From positions 32,001 to 96,000 of the IMG/VR virus record IMGVR_UViG_3300022839_000007: a stretch of 64,000 nucleotides of DNA. One strand, 5' to 3'. The translations under genes and the position numbers were made by a program. This document shows, one piece after another, positions 21,600 to 32,193 of this stretch; the stretch's first letter is position 1; every line of letters starts with the position of its first letter. Origin of the DNA: a virus. The notes under the pieces are model-generated. The model saw only the letters and a program-made list of their open reading frames with translations, searched no databases and was not told the DNA's origin.

Positions 21600-22211
21600 A
21601 TGACAGAAATAAATGAACTAAACGGCATACACGTAGCAGGTCATATAAAAATATTTGATCCGTCAAATGGTGAAGTTTTTATTAATAAAAGAAACGCAAT
21701 ACATTATGAAAATATGAGTATTGCACTAGCAGAAAGTCTTGCTAATCAAGGTAGTGGATATATTCATGAAATGAGTTTTGGCAATGGCGGCACTAGTGTT
21801 GATCCTACAGGAATTATTACATACCTCACTCCTAATACAACCGGAACAAACGCAAGTCTTTACAACCAAACTTATACAAAAATAGTTGATAATTCTAGCG
21901 TTAATAATTTAGATCCAACTCGAAATAAAACCGAAGTTAGACATGTTTCTGGTACAAATTATACTGACATTGTAGTAAGTTGTTTGTTAGATTACGGCGA
22001 GCCAGACGGCCAGTCGGCGTTTGACACAGCCGGTGATACCAATCAACTATATGTGTTTGACGAATTAGGATTACGTAGTTACAGTAGCAACGGTCCAGGT
22101 AGACTAATTACTCATGTAATTTTTCACCCGGTTCAGAAAAGTTTAAACCGCTTGATACAAATTGATTACACAGTACGAGTACAAAGTCTAAGTGGATTCA
22201 ACGAGGTATAA
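21600..22211 (+). CDS. Virion structural protein (tail/baseplate)
   Basis: KRNAIHYENMSIALA...FDELGL...LITHVIFHPVQKSLNRLIQIDYTVR; position in tail module. Confidence 0.7.
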   Translation: MTEINELNGIHVAGHIKIFDPSNGEVFINKRNAIHYENMSIALAESLANQGSGYIHEMSFGNGGTSVDPTGIITYLTPNTTGTNASLYNQTYTKIVDNSSVNNLDPTRNKTEVRHVSGTNYTDIVVSCLLDYGEPDGQSAFDTAGDTNQLYVFDELGLRSYSSNGPGRLITHVIFHPVQKSLNRLIQIDYTVRVQSLSGFNEV

Positions 22212-22214
22212 AGA

Positions 22215-24257
22215 ATGGCATATGAAGTAAGATTTACCGACTCTGTTAACAAAGGAAGTATAACAGTCGAAGAACAAACAATAAACGTTGAAACTAGTTT
22301 ATCTCTTCCTGGACGTAATCTTACTGACTACGGACCTAGGGTATTAGAAAACTTTTTACACTTGTTAGAAAATTTTGCTAATTCTACTAGTCCAGTGAGA
22401 CCGGTAGAAGGACAGCTATGGTATGACAACACTACCGGAACTGACCAATTAAAACTATACGACGGTGCAAATTGGGTAAGTGCAGGCGGCATTAAAAAGG
22501 CTAGCAGTGCCCCTGCTGCGGAACAAAGTTTATTAGGAGATTTGTGGGTAGATACTAGTAATCAACAAGTATATTTATATAGCGGATCTGGGTGGACGTT
22601 GATCGGACCTGATTACGCCGAAGGTGCAGGAACCGGTGCCAAATACGAATCTATTATTAGTACAGTTAATGCGGCAGTTCCGTGTATTATTAACTATGTT
22701 GATAATATCGTAATAAGTATTATTAGTGCTCGGCAATTTACACCCAAATTAACTATTTCTGGATTTGGAACTATTAATCCAGGACATAACATTTCCAGCA
22801 ATATAAGCGGATTACCAGGCAAATACTATGGTATGTCGCAAAAAGCAGAAACATTGTACGTTAATGAAACAGTAGGAGCAGTTCCTGGCAGTCAGTTTGC
22901 ACGATTAAATGCAACAAACATATTCCTTCAACCGTTACGTATACGAAATAATAACGGAATTGATATCGGAGAAACGCAAACGTTAGTAGTTAGCGTCACT
23001 GGTAGTAATGCATTAATTACAAATAAATCTACCGACGGGTATATTGGATTTAAAGTTCAAAATAATATTACTGCTCTTAGAATTAGAAATGACGGCAAAA
23101 TAGGAATCTTAAACGAGTCTCCGCAAGAAGCATTGGATGTAACTGGTTCAATTTTAGCATCCGGCAAGATTACCAACAATGATGTTACTCAAAGTTCTAG
23201 TGCAAATACCGGTGCGTTAGTTACGTTCGGCGGCGCAGGCATTGCAAAAAATTTAAACGTAGGCGGAAACATTTTAACAGCCGGGTCGATAACTGCTACA
23301 AATATTATACCAGATAGCACAAATACTCGGAATATAGGATCTGTTACACAAAAATACAACAACATTTATGCAAATACCTTTAACGGTAATTTAACCGGAG
23401 ATGTAGTTGGAAATTTAACCGGAACATCTGCTAGCACCGGCAAATTGAATAGTGCAACTACATTTACAATTGCAGGCGATGTAACAACTTCTGTTCCGGT
23501 AACGTTTGACGGACAAATTGGCGGGTTAACCAAGGTGTTCGACGTTGTTTTAAACGACTCTTATTTTACCGGTAAACCAGTTTATAGTGATCCTGTATCA
23601 GGAACTGAGCAGGTTCTTATCCGTAAAACTGCATTGTTACCAGGAGACACTCAATCTATAACTGAATTTTATGTTAGTACACTAGCTGCAATTGTATCAT
23701 TGGTTCCTACCTTTACTCCCGGAATGCTAATGATGTGTGCAGCAATATCTCCGCCTCCTGGCTGGAGATTTTGTCATGGAGATAATATTCCGCTAACCGG
23801 TACTTATGCAGCTCTATACGACGAAATTAAATTTACATATGGCGGCAGTCTTGCATTAGGATATTTTAAACTTCCGGATTTCAGAGGAAGAGTTTCGGTT
23901 GGAGCATTAAATAATGCAGTTAGACCTAGTGCTAATTCCGAAGACAGAATATACGACGATGGCGCTGCTTCAATTCTCGGAGCAGTTGGCGGCAACCAGA
24001 GAAATACCATTTTATTGTCAAATTTACCCGACCACGGGCATTCGTTAATGGGCGACGATGGTACCCAGTTTTATTCTACTACCGGAGTTACCGGCGGAAG
24101 TGATTCAAATACTGCTAATATTACAATAGTTGGAAGTACCTCGGGTACTGGACTTACTGCAACCGGAAACATAGATGGATGGACATCTCAGGATAAGATT
24201 GCAACAGTGCCTCCGTTTTTGACAACTAACTATATCATTTATACTGGAGTAATTTAA
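22215..24257 (+). CDS. Tail fibre protein with tail-collar domain
   Basis: N-terminal ENFLHLLENFA...GQLWYD module; C-terminal PGMLMM...PPGWRFCHG...FKLPDFRGRVSVG...PPFLTTNYIIYTG collar motif. Confidence 0.85.
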   Translation: MAYEVRFTDSVNKGSITVEEQTINVETSLSLPGRNLTDYGPRVLENFLHLLENFANSTSPVRPVEGQLWYDNTTGTDQLKLYDGANWVSAGGIKKASSAPAAEQSLLGDLWVDTSNQQVYLYSGSGWTLIGPDYAEGAGTGAKYESIISTVNAAVPCIINYVDNIVISIISARQFTPKLTISGFGTINPGHNISSNISGLPGKYYGMSQKAETLYVNETVGAVPGSQFARLNATNIFLQPLRIRNNNGIDIGETQTLVVSVTGSNALITNKSTDGYIGFKVQNNITALRIRNDGKIGILNESPQEALDVTGSILASGKITNNDVTQSSSANTGALVTFGGAGIAKNLNVGGNILTAGSITATNIIPDSTNTRNIGSVTQKYNNIYANTFNGNLTGDVVGNLTGTSASTGKLNSATTFTIAGDVTTSVPVTFDGQIGGLTKVFDVVLNDSYFTGKPVYSDPVSGTEQVLIRKTALLPGDTQSITEFYVSTLAAIVSLVPTFTPGMLMMCAAISPPPGWRFCHGDNIPLTGTYAALYDEIKFTYGGSLALGYFKLPDFRGRVSVGALNNAVRPSANSEDRIYDDGAASILGAVGGNQRNTILLSNLPDHGHSLMGDDGTQFYSTTGVTGGSDSNTANITIVGSTSGTGLTATGNIDGWTSQDKIATVPPFLTTNYIIYTGVI

Positions 24258-26077
24258 TGAGTTATAAGATTAATACCACAGACGGAACTTTATTAGTCGA
24301 CTTAGTAGATGGTAGAATAGATAGCAATACCACTGATCTTACTTTGATAGGAAGAAATTACACAGGGTATGGTGAATTTTTTAATGAGAATTTTGTAAGA
24401 TTATTAGAAAATTTTAAAAACACAGCACCGCCACCTAGTCCGTTGATAGGGCAACTCTGGTTTGACACAAGCGAAGGCAGACTACGAGTGTATAATGGTG
24501 AGGAGTGGAAGTCCACAGATACTACTATAGTGTCAGCAACTCAGCCGACGTTATTAGCCGGTGATGTATGGATAAGTACTGCTCAAAAACAGATATATTT
24601 TAGCGACGGAGCAGATGTTATTTTGGCTGGTCCAATTTATACCGCAGATCAAGGAAAATCAGGATGGGATGTTATTACCTTAATTGACAGGTTTGGTGTG
24701 AATAAAACCGTAACTCAGCTAATGATAGGCGGAATATCAGTTGCAATATTTTCAAAAGAAACATTTACTGCTGCTAGTATTTCAGAAAACTTATCATTGT
24801 TAGAAGGCTTTCCGGTGTCTATAAAAACTGGAATTAATGTTAATAGTAATTATAGCGACTTCTCGTTCTATGGACCTGCAGACTTTACTTATCGACTATT
24901 AGATAGCAGCAATAATTCTTATACTCCTGACAATTTTATAAAAGTTACAGGCAATAACACACTTACCGGAACATTTCATATTAAAAACGACAGCGGTATA
25001 ACAGTTGGCGACGACAGCGATTTTATAATAAGAGTCCAGGGTACTAATACTATCTTACGTAATCAATTAAATAACAACAATCTTGCATTACAAGTTACTC
25101 GCGGCGGCGCATTACAAGACGCAATTACAATAAAAACGTTTGACGGTAAAATTGGATTTTGGCAACCAGATCCGCAATACGACTTAGATCTCAACGGCGA
25201 TGTTAGGATTTCAGGAAATTTAATTGTAGACGGCGATACGATTAGCTTAAATGTCTCAAATCTCAGAGTTGAAGACAAATTAATCGAGCTTGCGTTGACT
25301 GCTGATGGTATGCTATTATCTGATGCCCAAGTCGACGGAGCCGGAATTTCGGTCAGAGCAATTAATAATGATAAAACAATTACTTGGAATAATACTTATA
25401 ATAGCTGGAATCATAGTTGCAACGTCAACATTCCAGCTGGATTTGCGTTTAAGATTGCGAATCTTGATGTTTTATCCACAACTTCATTAGGAGCAACTGT
25501 TTCTAGCGCAGTTGGCCTTACTCAGATTGGAACATTAATTAATCTTGATGTCGATTCTATTAATCTCAATGGATCTACAATTACTACTACTAATTCGTTG
25601 ATAATTTCAGCCGGTGGCGATATTAACATTGCTAATAATAGAAAGATCACTGGAGTAAAATCTCCAGTGGACAGTGACACAGCCGATGTTGTTGCAACTA
25701 AAGGGTATGTAGACAACGTACAACAGTTGCAAAACGAGCATCTTGCACTCGACATTACTGGATTAAGTAATGCACAAATTTCCGCAGTAATTAATGATGT
25801 TATACCGTCGTTGTCAAAGGATATTGGCATAACCTGTAAAGTGCATTGTACAATTTATACAGGAACTTATGCATATAACGCAAACAACGGCTTAACAAAA
25901 AACTTTATAGCAGTAGATAAAGATGGAGTCGAAAATCAATCAGTAGTGCAAAATTTTAGTTTTGTTGCTCAAACTGCGCAACCAGTTACGTTGACTGTAA
26001 TACGAAGTCTTAAGCAGTTTGTAATAAACGGCGCAGGTAATTGGGAATTTGATGCTGATCTAGTATCCAGCGTCTAA
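24257..26077 (+). CDS. Tail fibre/structural protein (paralogous N-terminus)
   Basis: LIGRNYTGYGEFFNENFVRLLENF...GQLWFD; VEDKLIEL and DVVATKGYVD fibre motifs. Confidence 0.75.
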   Translation: MSYKINTTDGTLLVDLVDGRIDSNTTDLTLIGRNYTGYGEFFNENFVRLLENFKNTAPPPSPLIGQLWFDTSEGRLRVYNGEEWKSTDTTIVSATQPTLLAGDVWISTAQKQIYFSDGADVILAGPIYTADQGKSGWDVITLIDRFGVNKTVTQLMIGGISVAIFSKETFTAASISENLSLLEGFPVSIKTGINVNSNYSDFSFYGPADFTYRLLDSSNNSYTPDNFIKVTGNNTLTGTFHIKNDSGITVGDDSDFIIRVQGTNTILRNQLNNNNLALQVTRGGALQDAITIKTFDGKIGFWQPDPQYDLDLNGDVRISGNLIVDGDTISLNVSNLRVEDKLIELALTADGMLLSDAQVDGAGISVRAINNDKTITWNNTYNSWNHSCNVNIPAGFAFKIANLDVLSTTSLGATVSSAVGLTQIGTLINLDVDSINLNGSTITTTNSLIISAGGDINIANNRKITGVKSPVDSDTADVVATKGYVDNVQQLQNEHLALDITGLSNAQISAVINDVIPSLSKDIGITCKVHCTIYTGTYAYNANNGLTKNFIAVDKDGVENQSVVQNFSFVAQTAQPVTLTVIRSLKQFVINGAGNWEFDADLVSSV

Positions 26078-26079
26078 AC

Positions 26080-26087
26080 GATAAATA
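26080..26087 (+). promoter_or_regulatory. T4-like late promoter (GATAAATA)
   Basis: Intergenic consensus match. Confidence 0.65.
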
Positions 26088-26112
26088 TTACAATATATAA
26101 GGGTACTGACAC

Positions 26113-27576
26113 ATGGCATACATTATTAACAGATACAACGGAACTGTATTAACAACAGTTGAAGACGGTACTGTAAACACAACTACTGAATTAAAACTTA
26201 TAGGAAAAAACTTTGCAGGGTACGGCGAAGCACAGAATGAAAATTACTTATTTTTATTAGAAAGTTTCTCAAATACTTCGGCACCAACTAGACCGTTAAG
26301 CGGGATGTTGTGGTATGATAGCGGCAATGCAAAACTAAGATTTTATAACGGTAATGCATGGAAGACCACAGGCGGCGCCGAAACTTCAACTAGTCCTCCG
26401 AGCACCGGAGTTGAAGGAGACTTTTGGTGGGATACTACATCTAATCAATTAAAGGCAAAAAATGCAAATGGCGACTGGGTACTAATTGGACCACAACGTG
26501 CCGGAACCGGGATTACTCAAATGACTAGTATTGTCCTTACCGACACGCTAGGCGGTACTCAGTCTGTGATATCAGCTACCGTAAACGATATTGTTATATA
26601 TATAATTAGTGCTAATGAATTTACTATTGCAGCAGTTGATGCAATTCCCGGATTTGATACAATTAAACCCGGGCTGACACTAGTAAATACAACCTCGTCG
26701 ACTAACGGAATTACAACCGGCGATTTTTATTACTGGGGAACAGCAAGCAATTCTCTTAAACTAAACGGAATAGACGCAAGTGTATACGACATTGATAACA
26801 ATTTTGCAAACAGACTAACTCCGGTATTATTTAATGACTACGGATATACAGTAGGCAATGACGTTGATTTCACAGTAAAGATTGACAGTGATACCGAAAC
26901 TCCGATGATAAAACTTCATCGAAATCTATTACGTATTAAAAACAGTACAGACATTGTTATCGCCACAGTTGAAAATACAGGTATTCATCCCGGAGCAAGT
27001 AACGCATTTGATCTCGGAACTCCGTCAAAAGTATGGGCAACAATATATGCTAACAGCTTCAACGGTACAGTCACCAAAGCTAATCAATTGCGTCTTGGCG
27101 GATCTGGTACAACATACGTATCCTCAGCAACGTCGGCATTACCGGATACTATTGCAGCAAGAGATTCTGTTGGTAATTTAACAGCCGTGTTATTTCAGGG
27201 TACTGCAACAAAGGCACGTTACGCAGATCTTGCAGAAAAATATACCACCTCTAACGAATTACCGCCCGGGACCGCAGTTTCGGTTTGTACATGTAACACA
27301 CACGAAGTAGAACCTTCTAGCGCAACTCAGCTATGTATCGGGGTAGTTTCGACTAATCCGGCAGTTATGATGAACAGCGACGCTGACGGACAATACATAG
27401 GACTTAAAGGACGGTTGCCTGTAAGAGTCAAAGGAGCAGTTCGTAAAGGTCAAGCAGTATACGCAATAGCAGGCGGAGTAAGCACAATTGTAGCAACATC
27501 TGCATTAGTAGGTATTGCATTAGAAACTAATCTTAGTCCAGACGAAAAACTTGTCGAGTGTGTTCTCAAGGTATAA
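26113..27576 (+). CDS. Tail fibre with C-terminal intramolecular chaperone/autocleavage (peptidase G2-like) domain
   Basis: Same N-terminal module; ARYADLAEKY...IGVVSTNPA...GRLPVRVKGAVRKG C-terminus. Confidence 0.8.
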   Translation: MAYIINRYNGTVLTTVEDGTVNTTTELKLIGKNFAGYGEAQNENYLFLLESFSNTSAPTRPLSGMLWYDSGNAKLRFYNGNAWKTTGGAETSTSPPSTGVEGDFWWDTTSNQLKAKNANGDWVLIGPQRAGTGITQMTSIVLTDTLGGTQSVISATVNDIVIYIISANEFTIAAVDAIPGFDTIKPGLTLVNTTSSTNGITTGDFYYWGTASNSLKLNGIDASVYDIDNNFANRLTPVLFNDYGYTVGNDVDFTVKIDSDTETPMIKLHRNLLRIKNSTDIVIATVENTGIHPGASNAFDLGTPSKVWATIYANSFNGTVTKANQLRLGGSGTTYVSSATSALPDTIAARDSVGNLTAVLFQGTATKARYADLAEKYTTSNELPPGTAVSVCTCNTHEVEPSSATQLCIGVVSTNPAVMMNSDADGQYIGLKGRLPVRVKGAVRKGQAVYAIAGGVSTIVATSALVGIALETNLSPDEKLVECVLKV

Positions 27577-27579
27577 ATA
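27572..27579 (+). promoter_or_regulatory. T4 late promoter, exact TATAAATA
   Basis: Perfect consensus ahead of 27603. Confidence 0.7.
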
Positions 27580-27602
27580 CTAGCATATTATAAGGAACAA
27601 AC

Positions 27603-28487
27603 ATGGCAGTTGGCGAAATCATATCTGTTGCACGATACAATGCGATGCAAATAAAAATTAAGAATGTATTAGCCGGTATAGGTACAACTGGGCAGTTTGG
27701 ATACGGACAAGATCCTATACTAAGCAGCCCAGTTAGTAATTCAACTACGGTAAATGCAGTTCATATGCAGCAACTTAATACTGATTTAATTAAAGCTTAT
27801 GTACATCAAACAGGGTCAGATCCTGGATTGCCTAATGTTGTAACAGACAACGAAATTACCAATGCAGTATATAACAGTTATGAAACAATTGTAAATTCTA
27901 CTTATAATAATAGAAATATTATATTTGAAAGCACCCAGGCTAGTGTAGAAGCTAAGTTAAATAGTCAACGTACTAGTTCGTGGGGCGGAAATTTACAACC
28001 CCAGACTGTTACACACGAATTTTCATTAACATTTAATAATGCAAATGATCGCAGATATTTTTTTAATGCAGGCAGCGAAATAAGATTTTCCGCAAGCTTA
28101 ACTAGTAGCAGCGGCGCCAAATATAACGACTGGAAAAACATGTTAACTGCCTTAGGCACAGTTAAGTTTAATTACGATACTACAACCGGAAATAGCGGTA
28201 CATCTCCTAACGGAATTGGAAACTTTGAATTAACAACAACTTATCAAGTAATATGGATTAAATCCGGGAGTGGAGTATACAGCAATAACGACTTAATTGC
28301 TTATGCAAAAACAAATACACTCGGTAATGTTATAATGTTTAAGATAGCGTTCAATGACGGCAGTATCGGCGGCGCCGACGAGCCAGTAACTGGTAATTTA
28401 ACTAGCATTATTACTCAATTACGTGCAACCGGAGTATATGTCGAAGTACTTACTCCTGTCTATCAGAATATTACAGATTTGGCTTGA
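27603..28487 (+). CDS. Virion structural protein (paralogue of 28536)
   Basis: RYFFNAGSEIRFSA...KYNDWKNMLTALGTVKF shared with the next gene; late promoter. Confidence 0.65.
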   Translation: MAVGEIISVARYNAMQIKIKNVLAGIGTTGQFGYGQDPILSSPVSNSTTVNAVHMQQLNTDLIKAYVHQTGSDPGLPNVVTDNEITNAVYNSYETIVNSTYNNRNIIFESTQASVEAKLNSQRTSSWGGNLQPQTVTHEFSLTFNNANDRRYFFNAGSEIRFSASLTSSSGAKYNDWKNMLTALGTVKFNYDTTTGNSGTSPNGIGNFELTTTYQVIWIKSGSGVYSNNDLIAYAKTNTLGNVIMFKIAFNDGSIGGADEPVTGNLTSIITQLRATGVYVEVLTPVYQNITDLA

Positions 28488-28512
28488 CATCTGCTTGTAT
28501 ATTTGTTATAAT
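28484..28512 (+). promoter_or_regulatory. Sigma70-type promoter TTGACA-N17-TATAAT with extended -10 TG
   Basis: ttgaca tctgcttgtatatttgt tataat. Confidence 0.8.
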
Positions 28513-28535
28513 AAAGATCATGTAGGAGTAAACAA

Positions 28536-29552
28536 ATGGTAAATGTATCGGGTAACATATTTGCCAGTGATTATAACAGTATTAGATCCACAGTTGATCA
28601 AATTTTAAATGCGCAATGGGGACAACCATTGGTTAGCAACACTGTAATTGCTAGTGTAAACACGGTCTCTGCGCAACAATTGCAAGATTTATATATTGAT
28701 TTACAAATAGTACATGTACATCAAAACGGAACACTTAATGAATTAGTCGCAGTTCCGCAAACTGGATTTCGTATCGGTGCCGACACAGTAGTTGATTATA
28801 ATGATGTAACTGGTGCAACAACCGCAGTTACTGGTGGCAACCAAATGGGAGTCAACGATTACTCGGACGCGGCATCAACGATTTCAAATTTTAATCCCGA
28901 ACTCACAGGGTTTCCAGTTGCAAATTTGCTTCCTACAGGGTCAACTACTAGCCAACGTACTACTACATGGGGCGGAGCAGGACAAGTACAACAACTTTAT
29001 CATGTAGTAACAATAACCTTTGCATCGGGCGAGCAGGCGGATTATTTCTTCAACGCCGGTGGCGAGTTAAGAGTTTCTGCTAATGTTGTTGACGGCAGCG
29101 GTGCAAAAACAAACGATTGGCGCAACTTGTTAACTGCTTTAGGTACGGTTAAGTTTAATAAATTCAATACCACCGGTGACAGCGGAGTTGGCACTTCCGT
29201 TGGATATGCTAACCTAACCGGAGTGTACCAACAATTATTTCTTAAAGTTGGAAGCGGAGTTTATGCCGATAATGATTATAAAATTGAAGGTCAAAAAGCG
29301 TCGCCTACTGTATTAAGATTTAGAATTACGTTCAACGACGGCGATACTGGTCAGACAGGAGGTACCGCTCCTTTGTTTATTAACAACCCAATTGACGAGC
29401 AAGTTAACGGAACTTTAACTAGTAATATTCAATCTGCCCGCCCGGCTAGTAATTTTACATACAATTCACAGTCTTACGGAGTTGATCTAGATTCTCCGGT
29501 AATTTCTAATATTGCCACAGTTGATGTAAACTACGGCGCTGTTCCGAGTTAA
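28536..29552 (+). CDS. Virion structural protein (paralogue of 27603)
   Basis: DYFFNAGGELRVSA...KTNDWRNLLTALGTVKF; AGGAG RBS. Confidence 0.65.
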   Translation: MVNVSGNIFASDYNSIRSTVDQILNAQWGQPLVSNTVIASVNTVSAQQLQDLYIDLQIVHVHQNGTLNELVAVPQTGFRIGADTVVDYNDVTGATTAVTGGNQMGVNDYSDAASTISNFNPELTGFPVANLLPTGSTTSQRTTTWGGAGQVQQLYHVVTITFASGEQADYFFNAGGELRVSANVVDGSGAKTNDWRNLLTALGTVKFNKFNTTGDSGVGTSVGYANLTGVYQQLFLKVGSGVYADNDYKIEGQKASPTVLRFRITFNDGDTGQTGGTAPLFINNPIDEQVNGTLTSNIQSARPASNFTYNSQSYGVDLDSPVISNIATVDVNYGAVPS

Positions 29553-29555
29553 CAC

Positions 29556-29584
29556 TTGACAATATTAAAATAATATTATATACT
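29556..29584 (+). promoter_or_regulatory. Sigma70-type promoter TTGACA-N17-TATACT heading the enzyme cluster
   Basis: ttgaca atattaaaataatatta tatact. Confidence 0.75.
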
Positions 29585-29606
29585 TTGAATAGAGTAGGAG
29601 TATTAG

Positions 29607-29954
29607 ATGGACGAACGTTTAGAAAAAGCATTAGAGTTTAGTAATTATATGATTACGTTAAGTAATCAAAAACGAATACTCGGTGAACAATTTAATGAAA
29701 ATGTAATATATTATTTTAACGGTGGCGAATTCACAGCATCTCCTGAACTTATGAGTTTTTGTCAATGCCTGTTATTTCGTTCTCAAACAGATACAATCCT
29801 AATTGATAATAACGGATTGCCTGTTGAAATTGAAAATTTACAATTATTCTCTGATAACATCGCTAGCATATATTACACAGCATCAAATAAATATTTAACT
29901 GAATATAACAAGTTAAAAAAGAATCGAACAGTTAGTGGTATTATAGATTTATGA
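29607..29954 (+). CDS. Hypothetical protein, possibly a DUF4376-like tail-assembly helper
   Basis: AGGAG RBS; YFNGGEF...LIDNNGLPVEI pattern; weak resemblance only. Confidence 0.5.
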   Translation: MDERLEKALEFSNYMITLSNQKRILGEQFNENVIYYFNGGEFTASPELMSFCQCLLFRSQTDTILIDNNGLPVEIENLQLFSDNIASIYYTASNKYLTEYNKLKKNRTVSGIIDL

Positions 29955-30781
29955 CTAAAGGCGCGGTGCTAATTGCATGTAATAATGCTCAGATTGACTA
30001 TGTTAAACAAGCTGTATTTTGTGCTCAACGAATTATAAAGTTTTTAAATATACCAGTTACATTAATTACTGATAATATTGCGTATGTCAATACTTCCTAC
30101 CCGGATCATCCATTTGATCAAATAATATTATCATCAGATAATAACTACACTCACAAAAAATACAATGATGGTAATTTTATAAGATGTAATTTAGAGTTTA
30201 AAAATACATCTAGATCGGATGTTTATGATCTAACACCGTACGACGAAACCATTCTGATGGATACCGATTTTTTGTTAGGCAACGATGTTTTTCTAAATTG
30301 CTTTTTACAATCTAGTAATTTTATGATTTATAAGAATGGGGTTGAGTTGTCAGGATGGAGAAACTTACAGGAATTTGAATATATTAGCGATTCCGGTATA
30401 GACTTCTATTGGGCAACCGTTATATTTTTTAGAAAAAATTCTACAAACAAGATCTTCTTTGATTTATTAAAACATATTAAAGAAAATTGGACTCATTATA
30501 AAAGACTATATAGTCTAACTACTAGCACGTTTAGGAATGATCATGCATTTAGTATTGCATTACATATCATGAATAATTATCAACCAGGAAACTTTTCTAA
30601 GTCGCTTCCTGGTAAAATGTTTTACACTACTGATAATGATATTTTAATAGCACTTACGGATAATACGTTTAAATTTCTAATAGAAAATAAAAATTCGCAG
30701 TATTTTCCAGCAAGTATTACGGATAGCAATATCCATATAATGAATAAGTTTAGCCTGAATAGGATTATTGACTGTGGCTAA
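29951..30781 (+). CDS. GT-A fold glycosyltransferase (GT8/mannosyltransferase-like)
   Basis: YDLTPYDETILMDTD DxD motif; RNDHAFSIA. Confidence 0.7.
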   Translation: MTKGAVLIACNNAQIDYVKQAVFCAQRIIKFLNIPVTLITDNIAYVNTSYPDHPFDQIILSSDNNYTHKKYNDGNFIRCNLEFKNTSRSDVYDLTPYDETILMDTDFLLGNDVFLNCFLQSSNFMIYKNGVELSGWRNLQEFEYISDSGIDFYWATVIFFRKNSTNKIFFDLLKHIKENWTHYKRLYSLTTSTFRNDHAFSIALHIMNNYQPGNFSKSLPGKMFYTTDNDILIALTDNTFKFLIENKNSQYFPASITDSNIHIMNKFSLNRIIDCG

Positions 30782-31619
30782 TTTTACAATGTTAGCACAG
30801 AACAGCAAACATAATTATGTGCAGCAAGCCTACTTATGCGCTCTGAGTATTCGTGCAACTAATCCAAATAGCAAAATATGTTTAATTACCAACGACATTG
30901 TAGATGCAATCACTTCTGCAGTGTTCGACGATATAGTAGCAATTCCATGGAACGATCATGCAGCTAATAGTGAATGGAAAGTAGAAAATAGATGGAAACT
31001 TTATCATGCCACTCCTTACGATCGTACTATAGTACTTGATACCGATATGTTGGTATTAGAAAATATCGAGCATTGGTGGAACTTTTTGCAAACCAAGGAT
31101 ATCTTTTTTACTTCAACTGTATTAACATATAGAAATACTCCAGTAACTAGCACATATTATAGGACTGCATTTGCTGTTCATAATTTACCCAACATATATG
31201 CTGGCTTGTATTATTTTAAAAAGTCAGCCGCGTCTCACAAATTTTTTAAGTGGCTAGAAATTGTAATGAACAATTGGCAATTGTTTTATTACCATTATGC
31301 CGGAGGTAGTCATTTTCAAAAATGGCCAAGTATAGATGTTAGTGCAGCAATTGTAATTAAGATATTGGATATCAAAAATGCAGTTACTAGTAACACATAT
31401 TTTCCTAATTTTGTGCATATGAAAACACATTGTCAAGATTGGAAGGACCAGGTGTCTGATAGATGGCAAGACACTGTTTCCACTTATTTAGATCAAAATC
31501 TAACTTTAAAAATTGGTAATTATACACAACGTGGCATTTTTCATTATACTGAAAAAGATTTTATTACCAATGAACTAATAACCATTTACGAAGATTACAT
31601 AAAGAAACACAATGAATAA
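30768..31619 (+). CDS. GT-A fold glycosyltransferase (paralogue of 29951)
   Basis: YHATPYDRTIVLDTDML; FVHMK. Confidence 0.7.
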   Translation: MTVANFTMLAQNSKHNYVQQAYLCALSIRATNPNSKICLITNDIVDAITSAVFDDIVAIPWNDHAANSEWKVENRWKLYHATPYDRTIVLDTDMLVLENIEHWWNFLQTKDIFFTSTVLTYRNTPVTSTYYRTAFAVHNLPNIYAGLYYFKKSAASHKFFKWLEIVMNNWQLFYYHYAGGSHFQKWPSIDVSAAIVIKILDIKNAVTSNTYFPNFVHMKTHCQDWKDQVSDRWQDTVSTYLDQNLTLKIGNYTQRGIFHYTEKDFITNELITIYEDYIKKHNE

Positions 31620-32193
31620 TTCAATAATTTATATTACTACACAGCGTTACATATACTTTGACGCTACCGGAAATATACTTAGTGTTTCTAACAATAATAA
31701 TACTCTCGGTAATAATATTAAAGTTGAATTTAACCAGGTCGAATCTCTTATATCGGGCAAAGAACACTTTCATCATTATCGAGTTATATTTGATACTATT
31801 ACCAACACTTATGTTTTATTTAACGTGTGCAACGAAGGCAATTTAATTTTTTCTATTGATTTGGCCATACACAAAATTTCACAAACACTGACCAAAATAC
31901 CCGATTTAATCATCACGCAGGACACTGTCACTCGTGTTTGGAAATTTGAATTAAATAAGGCAATTAGAGAAAATTTTCAAACACTAAATGTCGAACCGTT
32001 GTTAACATTCAGTATTTCTAAATACAACGATTTACACCAACTTGAACAATTTATTAGCTTACCGATAGAGAAATTAATCAGCGATTGCGTTGTAACTGTT
32101 CCGTATGAATCCAGTATTCCTGTTGGATTAACTAAGATGAGTATATATACTACAAAGAGACTAAACACATATTATCACAAGGTATTATTATGA
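31612..32193 (+). CDS. Hypothetical protein
   Basis: 193-aa ORF translationally coupled on both sides. Confidence 0.6.
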   Translation: MNNSIIYITTQRYIYFDATGNILSVSNNNNTLGNNIKVEFNQVESLISGKEHFHHYRVIFDTITNTYVLFNVCNEGNLIFSIDLAIHKISQTLTKIPDLIITQDTVTRVWKFELNKAIRENFQTLNVEPLLTFSISKYNDLHQLEQFISLPIEKLISDCVVTVPYESSIPVGLTKMSIYTTKRLNTYYHKVLL

